Shown piece after piece: positions 57,760 through 64,000 of a DNA stretch of 64,000 bases. Origin of the DNA: an uncultured Chloroflexia bacterium (GTDB lineage Bacteria > Chloroflexota > Dehalococcoidia > DSTF01 > JALHUB01); assembly GCA_963726245.1 (NCBI GenBank), contig CAVSBT010000030.1, positions 160,001 through 224,000 of the forward strand, read 5' to 3'. The position numbers and the translations under genes are program-made. The notes beneath the pieces were generated by a model that was not told the origin of the DNA, did not search any database, and worked only from the letters and a program-made list of their open reading frames with translations. Position 1 is the stretch's first letter. Each line of letters opens with the position of its first letter.

Positions 57760-59513
57760 GTGCAAGCGGAAGCTCCCACCCTGACCGGCGGACGCCGCCG
57801 CTGGCGTCTTCGAACCGGCGAACGCACCGACGCTTTGCGTTCCGGCGGATACCCACCCCTCCTTCAGCGGCTGCTTGCTAACCGGGGAGTGCGCACGCTC
57901 GACGAGGCGCGTCACTTCCTAAATGGCGCGCCGGCATCCCCAGACCCACTTTCGCTGCCCGACATGGCGCGCGCCGTCCAGCGGCTCTGCCTCGCTCTGG
58001 AGCGGCGCGAGCTGGTGGCCGTCTTCGCCGACTTCGACGTGGACGGCGTGACGGCGGCCGCCCTCCTCACCCAGGGGCTTGAGGCCTTGGGAGGCCGCGT
58101 CCTCACCCACATCCCGGACCGCTTCCAAGAGGGGTACGGCCTCAACACGGGCGCCATCGACCGGCTGCGGGCCCAGGGGGCCGACCTGCTGCTGGCAGCC
58201 GATTGCGGCACCAGCTCCCTGGCCGAGGTGGAGCACGCCCGCGCCCTGGGGATGGACGTCCTCATCCTGGACCACCACGCTGCGCCGGAGCGCCTCCCGC
58301 CGGCTCAGGCGCTGGTGAACCCGAAGCTACGCGGCTCCTACCAGCCCGGAGCTCCCTTCTCGGAGTTGGCCGCAGTGGGCCTGGCCTACCAGCTTGTGGC
58401 CGCTCTCCACGAGGCGCTGAACGCCGCCTTCAAGCCCGACGAGCACCTGGACCTGGTGGCCCTGGGCACCGTCGTCGACATGGCGCCCCTGCTGGGCGAG
58501 AACCGCGAGCTGGTGCGGCGGGGCCTGGCCGCGCTGGCGCGCACCTCGCGGCCGGGGCTGCGCGCCCTGATGGACGTGGCCCGCGTCGACCCGGCGCGCC
58601 TGGATACCGAGGCGCTCTCCTTCGCCCTGGGGCCGCGCCTCAACGCCGCCGGCCGCATCGCCGGTGCCCGGCTGGCCTATGACTTGCTCGTCACCCGCGA
58701 CGAGGGGGAGGCGACCCGCCTGGCCCAGCGCCTCGACGAGCTGAACAGCGAGCGCCAGCGCCTGACGCGGGATGCAGTCTCCCTCGCCCGGGAGCTCTGG
58801 GCCGCCGAGGACCCCCGGTCGCCGCTGGTCATGGTCGGACACCCCGACTTCAGCTCGGGCATCGTCGGCCTGGTGGCCGCCCGGCTGGCCGACGAGCTCT
58901 ACCGGCCGGCCGTGGTCTACGAGCTCGGCGAGAACACCAGCCGCGCCAGCGCCCGCAGCATCCCCGAGTTCGATATCGTGGGAGCGTTGCGAACCTGCGC
59001 CGAGGCAAGCCCCGGCCTCTTCCGGCGCTTCGGCGGCCACCGGCAGGCGGCAGGCTTCACGGCCGATAACCAGGCCCTGCCCGCCATCAAGGAACAGCTT
59101 ACGGCGCAGGCCGCCCAGGAGCTGGCTCACCAGGACCTCGCCCCAACCATCGAGGTGGACGCGCCGATGCCGCTTCGCGCCCTGCGGAGCGGCGGAGATC
59201 CAGGGCCTGGGACTGCTGGCCCCCCACGGCATCGGCAACCCGCGACCCGCTTTCCTGAGCCGGGGCGTCACCGTGGTCGAGTCGCCAGGCGGTGGGGAGC
59301 GACGGCCGGCACTTGCGGCTCAAGCTGCGCGACGGACCTGTCGTCTGGCCGGCCATCGCCTTCGGCGCCGGCGAAGGGCCCCTGGGGAGCCGGGAGGCCG
59401 CCCGGCTGCCGGAGCCGGGGAACCTTATCGACGTGGTGTACGCATTCTCGCTGGACCGTCGCGGCGGCGGTAATCTGGAGCTGGAGATCCTGGACTTCCT
59501 GCCGTCGGCCTGA
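57760..59513 (+). CDS. recJ: Single-stranded DNA exonuclease RecJ; frameshifts near 59190 and 59290
   Basis: DFDVDG, EGYG, DCG, DHH, PRLNAAGR, FGGHRQAAG. Confidence 0.93.
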
Positions 59514-59545
59514 GGCGCCGGCGGAATCCCGCGGAGGAAGAACTG

Positions 59546-60250
59546 GTGCGGTATCAGGTATGTCTCGAGCTGGGCGAGGACGGAACGTGCATGGCGCACG
59601 TCCCCGAGCTCATGGGCTGCTCGGCCGCAGGGAGGACAAGGCATGATGCCCTGGAGAACCTGCGGCGCGCCATCAGCGAGCATCTCGCCTGGCTAGCCAA
59701 CCATAGAGAGGTGGCGCCGCCCTCCGCCGAGTCCGGAGAGGTGGAGATCGAAGTGGTGGAGGAGGTTGCCACAACGGGCAGCTTCCCACGCAAGCCCGGA
59801 GAGCCCGCCGCCTTCTTCGCCACCGATGAGGAGGCCCTATCCCATCACGACCTGCAGACAGCCGTGCGGCTCCTCGCGCACGCCCGCGGCGACATGCTGG
59901 ACTTCCTTCGAGACGTGCCTGACAGTCTGCTGCACTGGCGCCCCAGCCTCGACGAGCCGTCGATCGCCGAGCTGCTGGCGGCTGTCGCCTACGCGGAAGC
60001 CGGCTATTTGGCCTGCCTTGATGAGCAGTCGGAGCGCTACCCTTTCCCACAGCTCGCGGCCATCCGCAGTTGGGCCTATCATCGCCTCGGCCGGATGACG
60101 GAGGCGGAGCTCTCTCGCTCTACTACTCACCACGACGAGAAGTGGTCGGCCCGCAAGGTGCTCCGCCGCCTCCTTGAGCAGGAGCGGGAGCACACAGCCT
60201 ACGTCCATAGCCTGCTGGCGCGCTACCGCCGCGAAGCGCCCAGCGGCTGA
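59546..60250 (+). CDS. HicB-like N-terminal domain fused to DinB-like C-terminal domain
   Basis: AHVPELMGCSAAGRT...ALENLRRAI (HicB-like); WSARKVLRRLLEQEREH (DinB-like). Confidence 0.7.
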   Translation: MRYQVCLELGEDGTCMAHVPELMGCSAAGRTRHDALENLRRAISEHLAWLANHREVAPPSAESGEVEIEVVEEVATTGSFPRKPGEPAAFFATDEEALSHHDLQTAVRLLAHARGDMLDFLRDVPDSLLHWRPSLDEPSIAELLAAVAYAEAGYLACLDEQSERYPFPQLAAIRSWAYHRLGRMTEAELSRSTTHHDEKWSARKVLRRLLEQEREHTAYVHSLLARYRREAPSG

Positions 60251-60322
60251 GTGTCGCTTGCGGCTGCCAGGAGCCTACGCTAAGATCGCTCTTGCTCGGC
60301 TGAGCAAGGGAGACAGGACCTC

Positions 60323-62395
60323 ATGAAAGAGTATCGGACCGAGGATATTCGTAACGCCGTCCTGGTCGGACACGGCAGCACGGGCAAGACCGCCCTCTCG
60401 GAGGCCGCCCTTTTCGTCAGCGGCGCCATCAACCGCCTGGGCAAAATCGACGAGGGCACCACCACCTCCGACCACGATCCAGACGAGGTGAAACGCGGGT
60501 TCAGCATCAACCTCTCCCTCCTACCCTGCGAGTGGAAGGGCAACAAGATCAACCTCATCGACACGCCCGGCTACGCCGACTTCGTCGGCGAGGTGAAGGC
60601 CGGCATCAGGGCGGCTGACTTCGCTATCCTCGTCGTCTGCGCCGCCTCCGGCGTCCAGGTCGGCACCGAGTCCGCACTGGCCTTCATCGCCGAACGCGAC
60701 CTTCCCGCCGTGGTCTTCGTCAACCGGATGGACCGCGAGAACGCCGACTTCGCCGGCACGCTCAAGCAGCTCCAGAAAGCGCTGGGCAAGAAGTGCGTGC
60801 CCGCCCAGGTCCCTATCGGCGCCCAGGACAGCTTCGAAGGCGTTGTCGACTTGGTGAGCATGAAGGCCTACCGCGGCGAGAAAGCCAGTGAAGGCGAAGT
60901 GCCTTCCTCTCTCGCGGAGACGGCGGCCCGCTATCGGGAGCAACTCGTGGAGTCCGTGGCCGAGACCGACGACTCCCTCATCAACAAGTACCTGGAGGGC
61001 GAGGAGCTCAGCGAGGAGGAGGTCCGCCGGGGCCTGAAGGCCGGCGTCATCTCCCGCGCCATCATTCCCGTCTTCAGCGGCTCGGCCACCAAGACCATCG
61101 CCGTTGGGCTGCTGCTGGACGGCCTGATCAGCTACGCGCCTTCGCCCAAGGACGCCGGCGAGGTGGTGGCGCGACAGGGCCCCTCAGGAGCGGAGCAGAA
61201 GCTGCCGGCGGACTCGGCTGGACCGCTGGCCGCGCTCGCCTTCAAGACGGCCGCCGACCCTTACGTCGGCAAGCTTACCTACCTGCGCGTCCTCAGCGGC
61301 ACCATCAAGTCCGATTCCCAGGTCCTGAATGGTAACAAGGGCACCCCCGAACGCATCGGGCAGCTCTTCACGGCGCGAGGCAAGAACCAGGAGCACACGC
61401 CGCAGCTCGTGGCCGGCGACATCGGCGCCGTGCCCAAGCTTTCCGAGACTGCCACCGGCGATACCCTCTGCCAGCGAGAGAAGCCCCTGGTGCTGGAGCC
61501 TATCGCTTTCCCCGAGCCCTACTACTCAGCCGCCGTCCACCCCAAGAGCAAGGCCGACCTGGACAAGATGGGCTCTGCCCTGACCCGCATCGGTGAGGAG
61601 GACCCCACTCTCCGCGTCCATCGCGAACAAGACACCAACGAGACCATCCTCTCCGGCCTCGGCGACTCCCACCTCGAGGTGTCGGCCGAGAAGATGCGCC
61701 GCAAGTTCGGCGTGGACCTGGAGCTGACGCCGCCCAGAGTCCCCTACAAGGAGACCATCACCGCCAGCAGTTCCGCCGAATACACGCACAAGAAGCAAAC
61801 GGGAGGCCACGGCCAGTACGCCAGGGTGACCATTCAACTTGAGCCCCTGCCCCGGGGCAGCGGTTTCCAGTTCGTGGACCGCGTCGTCGGCGGCGTCGTG
61901 CCCAGGACATACATACCGGCCGTAGAGAAGGGGGCGCTGGAGGCCATAAAGGAAGGTGTCCTGGCCCACTACCCCCTTATCGACTTCAAGGCAACCCTCG
62001 TCGATGGCAAGGACCACCCGGTTGACTCCTCGGAGATGTCCTTCAAGCTCGCCGGCGCCGCCGCTCTCAAGAAGGGAGCGCAGGATGCCCAGCCGGTGCT
62101 CCTGGAGCCCATCGTCAACCTAACCATCACCGTCCCGGAGAGTAACACGGGCGACATCATGAGCGACCTGAACGGCAAGCGGGCTAAGGTGCTGGGCATG
62201 ACGCCCCAGGACGGCAACAGCGTCATCGAGGCCCAGGCGCCGCTGGCCGAGGTCCTGCGCTACGCCACCGACCTGCGCTCCATCACTCAGGGGCGCGGCA
62301 GCTACCGTGTGCAGTTCAGCCACTACGAAGAGGTGCCCACGCACATCGCCCAGAGGATTGCGGATCAGGCGCGAAAGGAGAAGGAGAGTTCGTGA
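60323..62395 (+). CDS. Elongation factor G paralog (EF-G2-like)
   Basis: Full EF-G architecture (KQTGGHGQY, HPVDSSE, LLEP, TQGRG) with variant G motifs GHGSTGKT, RGFSI, NRMD; not in the str operon. Confidence 0.92.
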   Translation: MKEYRTEDIRNAVLVGHGSTGKTALSEAALFVSGAINRLGKIDEGTTTSDHDPDEVKRGFSINLSLLPCEWKGNKINLIDTPGYADFVGEVKAGIRAADFAILVVCAASGVQVGTESALAFIAERDLPAVVFVNRMDRENADFAGTLKQLQKALGKKCVPAQVPIGAQDSFEGVVDLVSMKAYRGEKASEGEVPSSLAETAARYREQLVESVAETDDSLINKYLEGEELSEEEVRRGLKAGVISRAIIPVFSGSATKTIAVGLLLDGLISYAPSPKDAGEVVARQGPSGAEQKLPADSAGPLAALAFKTAADPYVGKLTYLRVLSGTIKSDSQVLNGNKGTPERIGQLFTARGKNQEHTPQLVAGDIGAVPKLSETATGDTLCQREKPLVLEPIAFPEPYYSAAVHPKSKADLDKMGSALTRIGEEDPTLRVHREQDTNETILSGLGDSHLEVSAEKMRRKFGVDLELTPPRVPYKETITASSSAEYTHKKQTGGHGQYARVTIQLEPLPRGSGFQFVDRVVGGVVPRTYIPAVEKGALEAIKEGVLAHYPLIDFKATLVDGKDHPVDSSEMSFKLAGAAALKKGAQDAQPVLLEPIVNLTITVPESNTGDIMSDLNGKRAKVLGMTPQDGNSVIEAQAPLAEVLRYATDLRSITQGRGSYRVQFSHYEEVPTHIAQRIADQARKEKESS

Positions 62396-62470
62396 GGGCA
62401 TAGGGCACAACGCATAGTGCATAGGCCAGTGGCTTATGCTCTTTGCCCTGTGTCCTGTGCCCTATGTCCT
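62396..62470. repeat. Inverted heptamer tandem repeats
   Basis: gggcatagggcacaacgcatagtgcatagg...tatgctctttgccctgtgtcctgtgccctatgtcct. Confidence 0.7.
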
Positions 62471-62926
62471 CTCGCCCGGCTCGCTGGCCTTCCCACCGCG
62501 CCGCCAGAGGTCCTGGAAGTTCTCGCCCCGGATAGCCCGCCCGATCTCCTCGCGCTCCGAGGTGAGCAGTTCTTCCAGGCAGGCCTTCACCTGGCGCATC
62601 AGTTCGGGGTTACCCGCCTCGGCAAAGCGGCTCGCGATGTGGTCCCAGACGCCCAGGCGCAGCAGGCTGCTCACGTACTTGGGCCAGGGGATGATGGTGA
62701 TGCTCTCCGGCCTGGGGAATCGAGGCCGCAACTGCTTCAGGCTCCGGAATCGCTCCTCGGGCGTGGCCACCATGGGCACAACCTTGATCATGGGGCCGTC
62801 CAGGTCGGAGCGCCGGCTATCGATGAGAAGGGCCTTACGGAGGAAGGGGAAGTAGAGCGACGCCACCTCCGCCGTTTCGAGGTTGCGCTTTACCTCTGCG
62901 AGGTCAATGCGGAAGTCAGAGTCCAT
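62462..62926 (-). CDS. Hypothetical protein
   Basis: 154-aa ORF with normal composition (SLYFPFLRKALLID...LRPRFPRPESITIIPW). Confidence 0.7.
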   Translation of the reverse strand: MDSDFRIDLAEVKRNLETAEVASLYFPFLRKALLIDSRRSDLDGPMIKVVPMVATPEERFRSLKQLRPRFPRPESITIIPWPKYVSSLLRLGVWDHIASRFAEAGNPELMRQVKACLEELLTSEREEIGRAIRGENFQDLWRRGGKASEPGERT

Positions 62927-62933
62927 AGATCGC

Positions 62934-63170
62934 GGGGGACACCCCCCGCACCCCCCAGTACAAGGAACCGCCCGGCCTGCCGCCGGCAGGCAGGCCCGCC
63001 CAGTCTTCCCTATCGAGGGGGCTGCGCCCCCTCGATCTCCCCCCAGATAGGATACCTCTGATAGACCTAAGTGGGCTACGCTGCCTCGACCCGCCTGCGG
63101 ACGGGCAGGAGGCTCACAACGAGCGGAATCCAGAACCGCTCACCCTGAGCGTCTAGACGGGCGAGCGGCC
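62934..63170. repeat. Cluster of short palindromic repeats of several families
   Basis: gggggacacccccc; cctgccgccggcaggcagg; gagggggctgcgccccctc; tcgac[ccgcctgcggacgggcagg]aggctcacaacgagcgg...ccgctcaccctgagc. Confidence 0.65.
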
Positions 63171-63172
63171 GG

Positions 63173-64000
63173 CTACGCCTTGTCGGCGTCCACGATGCGC
63201 AGGAAGCGGTGCTTGCCCACGCGGATCACCATGCCGGGCTGGAACAGTACGCTGAAGTCCCCGATCGGTTCGCCGTCTACGTCGATGGCGCCCTGCTTCA
63301 TCAGGCGGCGCGCCTCGCCCTTGCTCGGGACCAGGCCGCTGGTCAAGGAGAAGGGCCATGAGGTCGTTCCCATAGCTCGGCCAGGCTGGAAACCGGCACT
63401 TGCTGTCCGAGAGTCGACTTCCGCTCCGGCAGCGTGGCTGTCTGCCGAGAGCCTTGCCTTTCCCTGAATGACGTGAGTAGAACCGCTCCTCCGCCTCCTC
63501 CGCCGCCTCCGGGCTGTGGTACTGGCCGACGATCTCGCGGGCCAGGCGCTTCTTCAGCTCCATGGGGTTGACGGAGCGCTCCTGGAGCTGGCGGCGCACC
63601 TCCTCCACCTCCTCGGCCGGGACGCGCGTCACCAGCGTGAAGTAGTCGACGATCAGGTGGTCAGGCAGCGACATCACCTTGCCGTACATCTCGTCCGGCG
63701 GGTCGGTGAGCGCGATGTGGTTGCCCTGCGTCTTCGACATGCGCAGGCGGCCGTCGGTGCCCACCAGGATGGGGACGCAGACGGCGATTTGCCCCCGCTG
63801 GCCAAAGGCGCGCTGGAGGGTGCGGCCGGCCATGATGTTGAAGAGCTGGTCGGTGCCGCCGACCTGCACGTCGCAGCGGAGGGAGACGGCGTCGTAGCCC
63901 TGCATGAGGGCGTAGAAGAACTCGTGCAGGTAGATAGGGTCGCCCCGCTCGCGACGGAGGGCGAAGTTCTCGCGCTGCAGGAACTGGCCCACCGTGAAGT
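63173..64000 (-). CDS. tyrS: Tyrosine--tRNA ligase (5' part outside window); frameshifts near 3' end
   Basis: YALMQGYD, GGTDQLFN, RMSKT (KMSKS-like), C-terminal S4 domain SKGEARRLMKQGA...RVGK. Confidence 0.95.

Overview
High-GC bacterial chromosome segment, most likely Chloroflexota/Dehalococcoidia-like (inferred from gene content, not checked by search). Core genes include 2-oxoacid:ferredoxin oxidoreductase subunits, a split five-gene glutamate synthase operon, acs, abfD, acyl-CoA dehydrogenases, uvrA, prfB (programmed frameshift), nfi, folD, acpS, nnrDE, recJ, an EF-G paralog and tyrS. About 15 genes, including essential ones, carry indels, which points to long-read or MAG consensus errors rather than decay. 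Main accessory observations: (1) a ~5.8 kb integrase-less island bounded by tRNA-Gly(TCC) and a copy of its 5' half, carrying a stand-alone DGQHR/DndB-family gene with a palindromic promoter, plus DUF3892; (2) a RAYT-type Y1 transposase with dispersed GTAG REPs, and single genes bracketed by REPs or ~50-bp direct repeats that duplicate a neighbour's 3' end; (3) sigma28-like promoters before c-di-GMP genes and a three-gene unknown cluster; (4) an intact but catalytically stripped DAHP synthase homolog; (5) two structured 5' leaders I could not assign; (6) an SRA-like/HNH nuclease appended to uvrA. No CRISPR array or rRNA was seen.
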